64,000 nt of DNA from Candidatus Methanoperedenaceae archaeon (GTDB taxonomy: Archaea; Halobacteriota; Methanosarcinia; Methanosarcinales; Methanoperedenaceae), in NCBI GenBank assembly GCA_963753595.1, contig CAVWCX010000027.1, positions 1-64,000 on the forward strand, written 5' to 3'. The notes beneath the pieces are model-generated. The model had not been told where the DNA came from. It ran no database searches and saw only the letters and a list, made by a program, of their open reading frames with translations. Shown here piece by piece: positions 31,684 to 43,141 of this stretch. Both the position numbers and the translations under genes were made by a program. Position 1 is the first letter of the stretch. Every line of letters starts with the position of its first letter.

Positions 31684-34020
31684 TTACCCAAAGTCATGAA
31701 GTTTTCGCTGCTCATCCAGTTTTTCTTCTGGTGGCGGGGTGGCACCTATTTGCTTTAAGACTTTTATAGCGACTTTTGTGCCAATGATCTTTGCAACTTT
31801 ATCCGCCTGTGCACCCCGAAGCTCGTGAATATCCCTTATTCCGGCATCGAACAACTTGCGCGCACGAACCCTTCCTATGCCCCGGATCTGGATAAGATCA
31901 AGAAGCTGCACAGTTGCCCCGTACTCGACACGTTTTTCAAGTTCCCTTGCTTTACCAGCCGATAAAAGTTTTAGAAATGTTCCAAGTTCTGCCATCGAAT
32001 GGACAAGCCAGAGTGTTGTTTCTGAAAGCGCCCTGATATCTCCTTCTCCGATCCCGAATTTTTTCACGATGTCTTCTTCTTTTATCTCATTTATCCAGTC
32101 AAGCATCACGCATGCGGTCTTGACCTGTGAGAGGAACCATTCGTAATCAACCTTGAACTGGGGCGGTATATGTACGAATTCGGTATGGTGGTCCATGACA
32201 AGATCGCTCAGCCAGTTGTAATCATTTGAACGCAAATACAACTGGCGCATATCGGGTGTCGAGGCAATAAGATGCAGAAGCGTCATTTCAGTATATTGGA
32301 TATCTTTTTCTTCTATCTTTTCCATCCCTTCGATCATCAATGATGCAGAAAGCGGATCAATATACAGGCGGGAGACCTTTTCACCAAGGTGGGTTGCAAA
32401 AAGTCCGTCTTTTTGGACTATCATCTTCTTTTCAACAAGGAAACGGATTATATTGTCGATCACGACTTTGAGGCTCCATGGTTCCTGCTGGGTTGAATAA
32501 AAAGTAGCGCGCATGAACTCCAGCAATTCAGTCATTGTTGGCGCAAATCCCGTGACGATCAAAGAAAGGATGTGTGTGCGTAATGCGTTTTCAGTACCAA
32601 GTTTTGAATATATTTTTTCAGGACCCGCAAGAACATACAGTCCCATAAGTTCATCCATTTCATCATATGTTTTTGCAACAAGTACAGATTCACCATAAGG
32701 GTCAAGTCCCGGCCTTCCTGCTCTTCCTGCCATCTGCTTATATTCAAGAACAGGTATAGGCACCTGGCCAAAATTCACATCATAACGCCTGAAACCTTTA
32801 ATTATGACCCGTCGCGCCGGAAGATTCAGCCCCGCTGCAAGCGTTGGCGTCGCTGCTATTACTTTAATGATTCCGTTTCGAAATCCATCCTCGATGAGTT
32901 TCCGCTGCTCTGAAATAAGACCGGCATGATGGAATGCGCTCCCGTTCTCAACACACATGGCAAGCTTTTTTGCGGTATCAACTTCACTTGTTTCATGAAC
33001 TTCTGCCGCGAGATCTTTTAGTTTTTCCCTGGTATCATGATCCAGGAGTTTTGAAATTGAAATACCCAGTCGCCCTGCCATACCTTCGGTGTTCTTCCTG
33101 CTGCTTTCAAAAACAAGGCACTGTCCGCCTTCTTTGATAGTATCGGCAACAAGTTTTATGGCGCTGTCGCTATGGAATTCTTTGACCTCTCGCTGGCTCC
33201 TGTCACCGAATGTAATGGCATTTCCGAAATAGACCCCTTCTTTTAATACAATGGGACGCCATTCGCTCAAAACAAGTTCGGCACAAAGCCATTTTGCTAC
33301 TTCCCATGCATTTCCTATAGTTGCTGAAAGCGCTATTATCCGGGGCCTGAGTTTTATCAATTTCGCGAGTACTATCTCAAGTGTTGGCCCGCGGTCCGGC
33401 GAGTCAATAAGATGCACCTCATCTGCGATCACTACTGTGATCTCTTCCATCCATTGCGACCTGTTTCGAAGCAGTGAATCAACTTTTTCGGAAGTGGCAA
33501 CGATAATATCAAAATCACCGAGCCACTCGTCACGGGAATCGAAATCACCGGTAGCGATACCCGTTGAAACTCCTTTCCCGTCGCTTTTCTTTATCCTCTC
33601 AAAACTGCGAAAACGCTCGTACTTTTCACTTGCAAGAGCGCGAAGAGGCACGATGTATAGAGCTTTTCCTTTTTTAGTTTCATTCAATACCGATTGCAGC
33701 ATGACAAATTCTGCAAGGAGTGTTTTACCAGAGGCTGTTGGGATAGCAGCCACGATATTCTTTCCTTCAAGAAGCCCTGCATCAATGGCTGCTGACTGCG
33801 GAGGATAGAGTGATTCGATCCCCGAATCCATGTAAAATTGTTTTACAGGGGTTGGCAGGTTGAGATCGGTTATTTTTATTCTTTTTTCAAGTGGTGCAGG
33901 TTTATTAATTTTATTTGCCGGAGTGAATCCTGGATCGGTTATTGTTGGTTTTTTGGATGATTTTTCTTTTATGATCTTCTCTTTTTTTATTTTCGCCCCG
34001 GCCAATTCAAACTTAACCAT
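31684..34020 (-). CDS. hel308: Ski2-like DNA helicase Hel308/Hjm
   Basis: PTASGKT, DEVH, LSAT, FHHAGL, TPTLAAGLNLP, QMAGRAGRP, C-terminal HhH GIGRVRAR. Confidence 0.94.
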   Translation of the reverse strand: MVKFELAGAKIKKEKIIKEKSSKKPTITDPGFTPANKINKPAPLEKRIKITDLNLPTPVKQFYMDSGIESLYPPQSAAIDAGLLEGKNIVAAIPTASGKTLLAEFVMLQSVLNETKKGKALYIVPLRALASEKYERFRSFERIKKSDGKGVSTGIATGDFDSRDEWLGDFDIIVATSEKVDSLLRNRSQWMEEITVVIADEVHLIDSPDRGPTLEIVLAKLIKLRPRIIALSATIGNAWEVAKWLCAELVLSEWRPIVLKEGVYFGNAITFGDRSQREVKEFHSDSAIKLVADTIKEGGQCLVFESSRKNTEGMAGRLGISISKLLDHDTREKLKDLAAEVHETSEVDTAKKLAMCVENGSAFHHAGLISEQRKLIEDGFRNGIIKVIAATPTLAAGLNLPARRVIIKGFRRYDVNFGQVPIPVLEYKQMAGRAGRPGLDPYGESVLVAKTYDEMDELMGLYVLAGPEKIYSKLGTENALRTHILSLIVTGFAPTMTELLEFMRATFYSTQQEPWSLKVVIDNIIRFLVEKKMIVQKDGLFATHLGEKVSRLYIDPLSASLMIEGMEKIEEKDIQYTEMTLLHLIASTPDMRQLYLRSNDYNWLSDLVMDHHTEFVHIPPQFKVDYEWFLSQVKTACVMLDWINEIKEEDIVKKFGIGEGDIRALSETTLWLVHSMAELGTFLKLLSAGKARELEKRVEYGATVQLLDLIQIRGIGRVRARKLFDAGIRDIHELRGAQADKVAKIIGTKVAIKVLKQIGATPPPEEKLDEQRKLHDFG

Positions 34021-34151
34021 TTTTTGATAATATGGGTTTGGATTAAAAATAGCTTCTTATCAAGAGAATTTTGATGTTATAAACCCGAATAATTTTCAAC
34101 TTAGAGTCTCAAAATGATTAAATATCCTGCTGTTCATCCTGATAGCATATT

Positions 34152-35609
34152 ATGACGCTCTCTATCAATCTCACAAATAATGAAAAACGGGTTTTACTGG
34201 CACTTTCCAGGAAAGATAGATTTTCACCGGAAGACCTTGCTGCGGCCTCGGAATTAAGTATTGAAGCTTCCATGCAATCCGCATTCATGCTGGCTGAAAA
34301 AAGCCTGTGCGAGATAAAAGAAACGGTCACGATAACATACAACCTTACAAAAGAAGGGGAACAGTATGCGCAAATTTCGCTTCCTGAGCGACAGGTCATG
34401 AATTCGTTAAAGGCGCCCCTTTCCCTTTCCGAATTAAAACAAAAATTTCCGCCTCAGATGGTGGGGATCGCTCTTGGCTGGCTCCGAAAGAAAAACTGGG
34501 TAAAAATTGAAGGCGACAGGATCATCCCCGTAGAAAAAGCCGAGGTGGGCGAAGATGAAAATATTCTTACAAAGCTAAAGAAAGGCCCCCTTTCAGACAT
34601 CGGAGAGGCCGTGAAGGATTTGATCAAACGTAATCTTGTTGAAAAAACAGAGAAAAAGAGCCGGATAATAATTATCACTTCTGCTGGAAAAGGCCTTGCA
34701 GCAAAGGGTTTGGCCATCGAGGAAGAAATTGTACAGCTTACACCCACAATAATCACAAGCGGCTCATGGAAAAACGCGCGTATTCGCCCTTATGATATCC
34801 ATACACCGATAAAACCGGTATATGGCGCAAAACTCCACCCATACCAGCGCCTTATCAATGAGATGCGGCAAATTTTCCTTGAGATGGGCTTTACCGAGAT
34901 AAAAGGCGACATTGTCCAGAGCTCATTCTGGAATTTCGATGCCCTCTTCCAGCCGCAGGAGCATCCTGCGCGGGAAATGCAGGATACTTTCCACCTTGCC
35001 ACAGAATGCGACCTGCCCGAAGAATACATTAAACCTGTTAAGGAAATGCATGAAAAAGGAGGCGGCATTTCCAGGGGATGGGGAGGCAAATGGAGTGAGG
35101 ACGTAGCCAGGAAACAGGTGCTTCGGACGCATACAACAGCAGTAACTATAAAATATCTTGCGGATCATCCCGACGACGCTGTAAAAGCTTTCTGCATAGA
35201 CAGGGCATACAGGCGCGAAGCTATTGACCCGACACATACACCTGAATTTGAACAGCTTGAAGGTGTGGTCATGGATAAAGATGTGAGCTTCAAGAACCTG
35301 CTTGGCTGCTTGACCGAGTTCTATCACAGGATGGGCTTTGACGAAGTTCGTTTCAGGCCCGGATATTTCCCATACACAGAACCAAGCGTAGAACCTGAAG
35401 TTTATATCGAAAGCAGGGGAAAATGGGTCGAACTTGGCGGCGCCGGAGTATTTCGAAAAGAAGTCACGCTGCCACTGGGCATCAAACAGCCTGTGCTTGC
35501 ATGGGGCCTGGGAGTGAGCCGCGTTGCGATGCTTCGCCTTGGACTTAAAGACCTGAGGGAGTTGTACCAGAGCGATATTGACTGGCTCAGGAAGAGTACG
35601 GTTGTTTGA
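34152..35609 (+). CDS. pheS: Phenylalanine-tRNA ligase alpha subunit
   Basis: [41 protein letters not shown]. Confidence 0.97.
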   Translation: MTLSINLTNNEKRVLLALSRKDRFSPEDLAAASELSIEASMQSAFMLAEKSLCEIKETVTITYNLTKEGEQYAQISLPERQVMNSLKAPLSLSELKQKFPPQMVGIALGWLRKKNWVKIEGDRIIPVEKAEVGEDENILTKLKKGPLSDIGEAVKDLIKRNLVEKTEKKSRIIIITSAGKGLAAKGLAIEEEIVQLTPTIITSGSWKNARIRPYDIHTPIKPVYGAKLHPYQRLINEMRQIFLEMGFTEIKGDIVQSSFWNFDALFQPQEHPAREMQDTFHLATECDLPEEYIKPVKEMHEKGGGISRGWGGKWSEDVARKQVLRTHTTAVTIKYLADHPDDAVKAFCIDRAYRREAIDPTHTPEFEQLEGVVMDKDVSFKNLLGCLTEFYHRMGFDEVRFRPGYFPYTEPSVEPEVYIESRGKWVELGGAGVFRKEVTLPLGIKQPVLAWGLGVSRVAMLRLGLKDLRELYQSDIDWLRKSTVV

Positions 35610-35643
35610 GGAGTTGAAACAATTTTAAAAATGTTTAAACATT

Positions 35644-36065
35644 TTATTCCTTCAGGAAATTATCTATTTCTCAACAAAAATTGCTGCCAGACTTCAGGAA
35701 TATCATTAGCCAACTTTCAAGTTGTTTCTCATCTAGCATAAATCCTTATTCATGAATGAAAAAATGCCTCAAAGTCAAGTATTTATATATTTTTTAGATA
35801 CTTTCTGTCAAATAATTACAGCAGATATTGATTTATTTAAAAGGTCATTATGCTAGTTGTTTGATTTTCGTTATACTCCAATCTGTTGATACAAAATTTG
35901 TTTTAGAATAGTTTTATCCAATATATGTATTCTGAAGAAAGGTCCTTATAAATGGAAGTTCCATGATTGTTGTTTCAATTCTTAATTTAACAGTGATTAT
36001 TCAGATTATTAATGTCAATAAAAACCTGGTTATTATTCTTGTAAATCTTATTGCAAGACATTTCA
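35644..36065 (-). pseudogene. Degenerate HEPN (HepT-like) toxin
   Basis: Frameshifted fragments TFLQNTY, ILKQIL, HNDLLN, RHFFIH (Rx4H), FMLDEKQLE, NDIPEVWQQF, IDNFLKE*. Confidence 0.65.
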
Positions 36066-36361
36066 CTAATTAAATTATTACTCCTTTCTTTTCCTAAAAG
36101 CTTATGAATAATTATTTTTTATTAATTCAGGTCAATGAGCTGGACAGGTTGTGACATTAATTCTTAAATTAAAATCAGTATAAAATATCAAAAAATAATC
36201 TGGGATAGTTTCCTTTTCACCAAGTCTAGATGTTGTGATTCCTCTAATAGGTTTTTACTTTTTGGGTAGAGATATTATAAATCGAAATATGAATGAATGG
36301 AAGAAACTTTATATTTTTTTTCATATTTTATGATCATTTCTTTATCATTTTCTGATATCAT
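36066..36361 (-). pseudogene. Degenerate minimal nucleotidyltransferase (MNT) antitoxin
   Basis: SD GGAGG, then MISENDKEMIIKY..KYKVSSI; later fragments LGVKG, QPV.LIDL, KGVII. Confidence 0.6.
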
Positions 36362-36522
36362 TTCCTGCCTCCTATTCTATCCGCATTTGATGTTCATCTC
36401 TGGGCATGTTTCAAATTCCTTTTACCACGATTTTAAAATGATGCAATCGTAATATCTTTTCTTCATACTGTTAATTAAGGATAAATTTATAAATTAAATT
36501 GTTTATCAAATACAATAGAACG

Positions 36523-37188
36523 ATGAAAATGGAAGAGATCACATTTATTACGGAAGACGGAGTGAAAATTTCAGGGAACTATTTCAAACCAAAAAAAGAA
36601 CATGCGCCAGTTTTTCTATTATTGCATATGATGCCATCCACAAAAGAGAGCTGGAACCAGTTTGCAGCCCGCCTCCAGGAAAATGGTTTTGCTGCCCTTG
36701 CGATCGATCTGCGTGGGCATGGCAGTAGCACAGATAAGAATGGATCGAAATTGGATTACAAGGAATTCAAAGATGAGGAACACAGGGAATCCATGAAGGA
36801 CATTGCTGCTGCAAAGGAATTCCTGAAAGGCAAGGGTGCGGACATATCCAGGATGGCAATCGCGGGAGCAAGCATTGGCGCGAACCTTGCCCTGTGGCAG
36901 GCCTCCATCGACAAAGATGTTTTGCTCCTTGTCCTGTTATCACCCGGCCTGAATTACAGGGGAATACAGGCGGCTCAACTTGCTCCCGGGTATTGCGGCC
37001 CTGTCTATATCTTGGCAAGTGACGGAGATACAAATGCTGCAAAAAGCAGCAGGGAATTATTTGGGATTTTTCCGGGTGATAAGGAATTAGAGGTCATACA
37101 GGGAAATTCACATGGTACTAACATGTTCATTTCGGAACCTGAACAGATCGATAAAATATTTGTATGGGCAACGAACAAAATAATTTAA
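36523..37188 (+). CDS. Alpha/beta hydrolase
   Basis: DLRGHG, nucleophile elbow GASIG, C-terminal HGT. Confidence 0.85.
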   Translation: MKMEEITFITEDGVKISGNYFKPKKEHAPVFLLLHMMPSTKESWNQFAARLQENGFAALAIDLRGHGSSTDKNGSKLDYKEFKDEEHRESMKDIAAAKEFLKGKGADISRMAIAGASIGANLALWQASIDKDVLLLVLLSPGLNYRGIQAAQLAPGYCGPVYILASDGDTNAAKSSRELFGIFPGDKELEVIQGNSHGTNMFISEPEQIDKIFVWATNKII

Positions 37189-37235
37189 ATATTAATTCTC
37201 CTAATATAATCAGAAGGGTTCAAGGAGAATAAACA

Positions 37236-37940
37236 ATGGTTGATTGGAATGACAACACGGTCAAACTTGCAGTATATCTGATATACGGGACAAGCTTTCT
37301 TTTAATGTTTGCCGCACTGGCTTTGTGGAAAAAAAGTGTAAGTCACATTGAGATCATGGACGATTTCAAATACCTGGCTGCTTTTGGGCTTCTTCACGGT
37401 CTTGCCGAATATTCGGATATCCCCAGATTCCTGGCGTGGGAGCCTTCCTGGATTTTTGACCTTGTCAAGTTGTTACTAGTCTCAGGTTCATTTGCAGCTC
37501 TTCTTGCCTTTGGATTGAATATAATCTCAGCAGGAATTGAAGAGCGCAGATGGCTTCGCGGAATACCTTACGGGGCATTTTTGATGTATATCTGGTTGTT
37601 GGTTTTTGTTGGACTTGATTTTACAAACCTGGATACGGGTATTAATTATAAAACAGCCGACCTGGCACAGCGCTATAGTATGGGATTGATCGGCGCAGCT
37701 GTTACATCATATGCATTTTTTGACCTGTCAGGAAAGATGAATGCCATTGTGAGTAAGATGGCAGGGAATAAATTCAAATTTGCAGGAATTGCATTTGCCT
37801 TATATGCTATATTTGGAGGGATTAACGTAAATCCTCTATTTGGAATACCCGCGGTTGTTTATCGCTCTGTGACAGCTGTAATAATAACTATAGCAGTTAT
37901 AAGAATATTCAGATTGTTCAAGGTAAAGGAATCGAAATAG
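37236..37940 (+). CDS. Multi-pass membrane protein (sensor-domain-like)
   Basis: About seven hydrophobic helices; LAAFGLLHGLAE. Confidence 0.7.
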   Translation: MVDWNDNTVKLAVYLIYGTSFLLMFAALALWKKSVSHIEIMDDFKYLAAFGLLHGLAEYSDIPRFLAWEPSWIFDLVKLLLVSGSFAALLAFGLNIISAGIEERRWLRGIPYGAFLMYIWLLVFVGLDFTNLDTGINYKTADLAQRYSMGLIGAAVTSYAFFDLSGKMNAIVSKMAGNKFKFAGIAFALYAIFGGINVNPLFGIPAVVYRSVTAVIITIAVIRIFRLFKVKESK

Positions 37941-37994
37941 ATATGGCAATACCGATCAATAAAGACCAGATTAAATAAAATATCCCCGGATCAA

Positions 37995-38531
37995 ATGGCA
38001 CTCAAAATAAATATTAGAAAGAATAGTATTTTAATATCAGCTATCGTATTAATTATTTCCGTACTTTTAATAATCGATAGATTGCTGGCAACAGGTCCTG
38101 TACAGCTTATCCTGGCGGATGGTAAAGCCGTGCCTGTAGAGAGCGCTTCTTTTTTTTCAATAAATGAAGTGTTATTTTTCATAATAACTGCCTGGCTTGG
38201 CGGCATGTCTTTTCTCTACATAATACTCTTTTCAAAGGAAAACCAGATACATGGGTCAAAAGATGAAGAAATATCCGGATCGAAAAGAGATAACGCAGTA
38301 ATACCTGAAAGCAACAATACAGCCATGTTAGCTGCCACTATCCTCGAAGGTGATGAGAAGATATTGTTCCAGAATATCCTGGATAACGACGGGATACCGC
38401 AAAGAGAACTCATTGTAAAGACAGGTTTTTCAGAGCCAAAGGTAAGCAGGCTTCTTGACAGGGCTGAAAGAAGAGGATTAATAGTCCGCCAGAGAGACGG
38501 GATGGGAAACAGGATATTTCTGAAAAAATGA
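37995..38531 (+). CDS. Membrane-anchored winged-HTH regulator
   Basis: Two TM helices followed by QRELIVKTGFSEPKVSRLLDRAERRGLIVR.R.GMGN. Confidence 0.8.
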   Translation: MALKINIRKNSILISAIVLIISVLLIIDRLLATGPVQLILADGKAVPVESASFFSINEVLFFIITAWLGGMSFLYIILFSKENQIHGSKDEEISGSKRDNAVIPESNNTAMLAATILEGDEKILFQNILDNDGIPQRELIVKTGFSEPKVSRLLDRAERRGLIVRQRDGMGNRIFLKK

Positions 38532-38619
38532 AAGCATCGGCTTCATTTCATTATTCTGGAACTGCTTTCAGGATAATTTCAGGTAATTATTATATGGTCT
38601 TTCAGCCACTGATGAGCTT

Positions 38620-39018
38620 ATGAACCGATGGAAAGCATTTGCATTAATTATGATCGCCCTTCTGGCTATAGCCATTGGGGTAAGATTTACCTATTTAGAA
38701 GCGCATACTTTTCCAGTTGATGAGAAGAAAAGGACTTTTGCGATAAATGCAGCACAGAATGGATTAAGTGATGAAATCGGGAATAACAAATATAATGTTT
38801 CCATCCCGGATCGGGGGCGGATAATTTCTACCTTAAATGGGGATAAAAGAGTAGTACCTGTTGTTCTCACCCTGGAAAATATAACCTTTACCGCCCTTAT
38901 TGATATGGAAACAGGAGATATAGTGGAAAAAAGCAAAATGGAAACAAGAGGATGGATGATCGATTATAAGGACCAGAATTCAAAGCGGTGGGGCCATCAA
39001 CGCTTTTTTGACCGGTGA
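38620..39018 (+). CDS. Hypothetical membrane-anchored protein
   Basis: N-terminal TM; first gene of the ABC operon. Confidence 0.7.
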   Translation: MNRWKAFALIMIALLAIAIGVRFTYLEAHTFPVDEKKRTFAINAAQNGLSDEIGNNKYNVSIPDRGRIISTLNGDKRVVPVVLTLENITFTALIDMETGDIVEKSKMETRGWMIDYKDQNSKRWGHQRFFDR

Positions 39019-39019
39019 T

Positions 39020-39700
39020 ATGATGGAATATTTAATGGAATTACAGGATGTCTGGAAAATTTATCGCATGGGTGAGTTTGACGTACCTGCGCTTGCCGGA
39101 ATAGACCTTTCCGTCAAAACCGGTGAATTCGTAGCCATAACAGGACCCAGCGGCTGCGGTAAATCAACGATGCTAAATATGATCGGTTGTCTTGACATGC
39201 CAACACGCGGAAAAGTTTTGCTCGAAGAGAGGGATATATCGGAATTTAACAGTGACGAACTGGCGCGAGTGCGGGGTAAAAAAATAGGTTTCATATTCCA
39301 GACTTTTAACCTGTATCCTACCCTGACAGCTCTTGAGAATATCCGGCTGCCCATGAGGATACATGAATTTCCTGAGCCGGAGGTGGAAGAAACATCAAAA
39401 AAACTGCTTGAAATGGTGGGTTTATCTGAACGTGGAAACCATTTTCCGGCACAATTATCAGGCGGGCAGCAGCAAAGAGTGGCAGTTGCAAGGGCGCTGT
39501 CTACAGGCCCTTCTATTCTCCTGGCTGATGAGCCAACAGGGAATCTTGACACCAGATCAGGTGGCGAAGTAATGGATGTTTTTAAACGTTTGAACAGTGA
39601 GGGATTGACTATAGTTATGATAACACATGACCCAAGAATTGCAGGATATGCAGGAAGAGTTGTGAAAATGCTTGATGGAAAAATAGTAGGTGGAACATGA
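39020..39700 (+). CDS. ABC transporter ATP-binding protein (LolD/MacB type)
   Basis: GPSGCGKST, LSGGQQQR, LADEPTGNLD. Confidence 0.93.
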   Translation: MMEYLMELQDVWKIYRMGEFDVPALAGIDLSVKTGEFVAITGPSGCGKSTMLNMIGCLDMPTRGKVLLEERDISEFNSDELARVRGKKIGFIFQTFNLYPTLTALENIRLPMRIHEFPEPEVEETSKKLLEMVGLSERGNHFPAQLSGGQQQRVAVARALSTGPSILLADEPTGNLDTRSGGEVMDVFKRLNSEGLTIVMITHDPRIAGYAGRVVKMLDGKIVGGT

Positions 39701-40893
39701 AAAAATTAAATTTGATTTTAATGCTCGTATCGACATTAATGATAGCTCAGGTTGCATCCGCAGCCTCTGGTTATCTTGTGACTGAAAGCGCGCCTGTGTA
39801 TCCAGGGGATACGACATACGTCTATGTACCGATAAAGAACATGGGATTTGGGAACTTCATGGAGGATGTTACTGTAAAACTTGTGCCAAAGGAAGACTCT
39901 TCTGCAAATGCTGTAACCATCCTTAACGATATATATTCACTTGGAACTATTAACGATTGGGGCGATCAGCGAACTGCAAAGTTCAGGATATATGTAAATC
40001 CTGATACTGTGGAAGGAGATTATTATTTCAATGTTTTTATTACCTACAAGGGATTGCAAACAGACACCTCCAATCCACGCACGACTGCGACAACAAAACT
40101 CGAGGACCAGATATTGACTATCAGGGGAAAGCCAATGATAATGCTGGTAAATTCTAGTATCGGTATCGTGGGGCCAGGCAGCAAGAACATAGAGACGCTA
40201 ACATTTAAAAATACTGGAACGGGTACTGTACAAAATGCTGTTGCTGAAATAAACCTGGCCAGTACTAATTCAGTATTTTCGATACTTGGAGGAGGAAAGC
40301 AATTTTCACTGGGTACTTTAAAAGCGGGAGATGTTGCATCTATCACATTCGAACTTGCCGTAGATATAGCTGCAAATCCAGGGGTATATAATTTACCTGT
40401 AAAGATCACAGGACAGAACAATTATTCAACCGATAATCTCATAGGATTGGTTGTCGCTGGCATAACTGATTTTGATGTAAGCTATGTGGAGACCCTTAGC
40501 TCTTTTTCACTCAATGTCGCCAATGTGGGGATAAGCCCCGCAAGTGCAGTAGCGGTCAGCCTGCCGAGACAGAAAAATTTTTCAGTCACAGGAAGCAGTA
40601 CTTCAATGATCGGGAATTTAAAACCTGGTGATTACACATCCGCAATATTCCAGATAACCAAAACTGCCGGAGCGGGAAACGGTCTTGAATTTGAGATACA
40701 ATATACCGACACCAGCGGACAGAGACATTTGATCACGAAATATCTTAATGTGGAATTATCCCCATCCGGAACACAGGCAGGAAAAACGACAGGTGGTACG
40801 AATTATACACTATGGCTGGTGTTTATAGTAATTATACTGGTAATATACTGGCAGAGAGGAAAAATAGCAACATATTTCAAGAAACCTAAATGA
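39697..40893 (+). CDS. COG1361 S-layer-domain protein
   Basis: Signal peptide, Ig-like repeats (KNTGTG, NVG), C-terminal TM; typical position in such ABC operons. Confidence 0.78.
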   Translation: MKKLNLILMLVSTLMIAQVASAASGYLVTESAPVYPGDTTYVYVPIKNMGFGNFMEDVTVKLVPKEDSSANAVTILNDIYSLGTINDWGDQRTAKFRIYVNPDTVEGDYYFNVFITYKGLQTDTSNPRTTATTKLEDQILTIRGKPMIMLVNSSIGIVGPGSKNIETLTFKNTGTGTVQNAVAEINLASTNSVFSILGGGKQFSLGTLKAGDVASITFELAVDIAANPGVYNLPVKITGQNNYSTDNLIGLVVAGITDFDVSYVETLSSFSLNVANVGISPASAVAVSLPRQKNFSVTGSSTSMIGNLKPGDYTSAIFQITKTAGAGNGLEFEIQYTDTSGQRHLITKYLNVELSPSGTQAGKTTGGTNYTLWLVFIVIILVIYWQRGKIATYFKKPK

Positions 40894-40901
40894 GATAAAC
40901 T

Positions 40902-42149
40902 ATGAAGACGTTTGATATTTTTAAATTATCGTTAAGCCATGTCAGGAAAAGTAAGATGCGAAGCTGGCTTACGATAATAGGCATCGTAATCGGGGTAGCT
41001 GCGATCGTTGCTATAATCTCAATCGGTGAAGGCATGCAGGCAAGCGTGCAGAAAAGTCTTGGAAGTCTTGGAGCGGACCTGATCACGGTCTCTCCAGGAT
41101 ATTCGCGAGCTACAGGTATGGGAGGAGGGCATGGGCCAGAGGGCGGGGGAGCCTCGACTGTAAACCTCACGGATAAAGACCTGAATGCGATCAAACAGGT
41201 ATCTGGGGTGCTTTATGCATATGGAATGGTCTCTGGCAGGTCCGATATGATTTTAGGCACTGAAAAAACCTCAGTGTCCATTAGCGGGGTTGATACCGCG
41301 GTCTGGCGTTCCATAGTCACTACTGAGCTTGAATCGGGCAGGTATCTCCAGCCAGGGGATTCAAATGATGTCGTTATCGGTTATTCATTAGCCCATAATG
41401 TTTTTTTACAGCCGATAACCCAGAACAGGCCAATAACAATAGGAGGAAAAACATTCAAAGTCGTCGGGATTTTTGCTCAATCCGGTGGATTCGGAGGGAC
41501 AGACTATGCTGTATATATGCCTGCTGATTCCGCACGGGACGTTATAACTGAAACGGTAGAGAGGAATCAGTTCTCATCGATCACCGTGAAAATCACAGAC
41601 CAGAATATGGCAGAAATAGTGAAAACTGATATTGAAACAAAGCTTATGGCGTCACGCCATGTAAATTCAAGAACAAGGGATTTTACTGTGACTGCTTTTG
41701 CATCGATCCAGCAACAGATAAGCAGCGTAACCCAGGCCATAACATTGTTCCTTGGAGCAATTGCTGCTGTTTCGCTTCTTGTTGGCGCTGTGGGTATAGC
41801 AAATACCATGTTCATGTCGGTAATGGAACGAACGCGCCAGATCGGCCTCCTGAAGGCGCTTGGGGCTACTGATACCGAAGTAATGAAGCTTTTCCTGATC
41901 GAATCCGGATTATTCGGAGTTGTTGGGGGAGTGATAGGGATAACATTAGGTGTATTGATATCAGTATTAATATCATCCATAGGTCTTTCAATGGCGGGGC
42001 CGGGCGGGGCTATGACCACAGTCATTCCTCCCTCACTTATTATATTTGCACTTGCATTTTCTATTATCGTGGGCGTGCTTTCAGGTGTTATGCCCGCAAG
42101 GAATGCAGCAAAGATGAATCCGGTGGATGCGCTGAGGTTTGAACAATAA
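40902..42149 (+). CDS. ABC transporter permease (MacB/FtsX)
   Basis: RSWLTIIGIVIGV, IANTMFMSVMERTRQIGLLKALGA, PARNAAKMNPVDALR. Confidence 0.93.
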   Translation: MKTFDIFKLSLSHVRKSKMRSWLTIIGIVIGVAAIVAIISIGEGMQASVQKSLGSLGADLITVSPGYSRATGMGGGHGPEGGGASTVNLTDKDLNAIKQVSGVLYAYGMVSGRSDMILGTEKTSVSISGVDTAVWRSIVTTELESGRYLQPGDSNDVVIGYSLAHNVFLQPITQNRPITIGGKTFKVVGIFAQSGGFGGTDYAVYMPADSARDVITETVERNQFSSITVKITDQNMAEIVKTDIETKLMASRHVNSRTRDFTVTAFASIQQQISSVTQAITLFLGAIAAVSLLVGAVGIANTMFMSVMERTRQIGLLKALGATDTEVMKLFLIESGLFGVVGGVIGITLGVLISVLISSIGLSMAGPGGAMTTVIPPSLIIFALAFSIIVGVLSGVMPARNAAKMNPVDALRFEQ

Positions 42150-42223
42150 GATAACAGGAGCAAAATTTAAAATAATCACTAAAAACTATATACAATCAGG
42201 ACTAATTAAGAAGGGGGTAAAAT

Positions 42224-43096
42224 ATGCAAGAAATAGCGGTGGCAGATATACATACACACACAATGTATTCAGGCTTCACGAAATATAAATTTTTATCATT
42301 CCCTGACAGTGTGACCACTCCCAGGACATCAGTCAAGGTTGCTGAAAAAATGGGACTTGGCGCACTTTGCATAACAGACCACAACACGATCAAGGGTGCA
42401 CTTGTTGCTCAAAAACTCAATAAGGATATAGTGGTTATCGGTGAAGAGATTTCATCAAATGAAGGTGAAATACTGGGATTGTTCCTTCAGGAGAAGGTCG
42501 ATCCCGGCTTAAGTGCCGAAGAAACGATAGAGCAAATACACGGCCAGGATGGGATAGCCGTTGCTCCTCATCCTTATAGTGCGCATTGTTTTTGTGTGGG
42601 TAAGAAAATGAACTTATTGAAGTTTGATGGGATAGAAGTATTCAATTCATTACACAGGGATTTATATTCAAATGCTCTCGCACTTAAAAATTGTAATGGG
42701 CATGCAAAGCTTGGCGGAAGTGATGCCCATGCAAGTTTCATGATTGGCAACGGTTATACGTTGTATAACGGCAGTTCCCAGGAAGATTTTCGGACTGCCA
42801 TAAAGAACAGGCAGACAATTCATGGCGGAAATGTCGCAGCCCTTAAAGATTTTGTCAAATATAGCGCCAGGGTAGCGTATGAATCGTCAAAGACAATAAT
42901 GAAGTTCAATGACATAGATTGCCCCATGTCTTCCAGAATATCAAGGATAAGAAATTCACGCAAAATACCCTATTTATTATTTTCTATTGCGTATGCATTT
43001 TCACCGCTGCCGGTCGTCTGCACCCTTCTTGGCGACAGGGTTTTGAAACATAAAGGACGCAGGGTCTGGAAAGAACAGCATGATCACGAATTATAA
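42224..43096 (+). CDS. PHP-domain metallophosphoesterase
   Basis: DIHTHT, ITDHN, GEEI, PHP, GGSDAH. Confidence 0.88.
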   Translation: MQEIAVADIHTHTMYSGFTKYKFLSFPDSVTTPRTSVKVAEKMGLGALCITDHNTIKGALVAQKLNKDIVVIGEEISSNEGEILGLFLQEKVDPGLSAEETIEQIHGQDGIAVAPHPYSAHCFCVGKKMNLLKFDGIEVFNSLHRDLYSNALALKNCNGHAKLGGSDAHASFMIGNGYTLYNGSSQEDFRTAIKNRQTIHGGNVAALKDFVKYSARVAYESSKTIMKFNDIDCPMSSRISRIRNSRKIPYLLFSIAYAFSPLPVVCTLLGDRVLKHKGRRVWKEQHDHEL

Positions 43097-43141
43097 CACA
43101 TTTTTATTTTATCGGAATAGACCGCAGCCCCGCTGGCAGCT

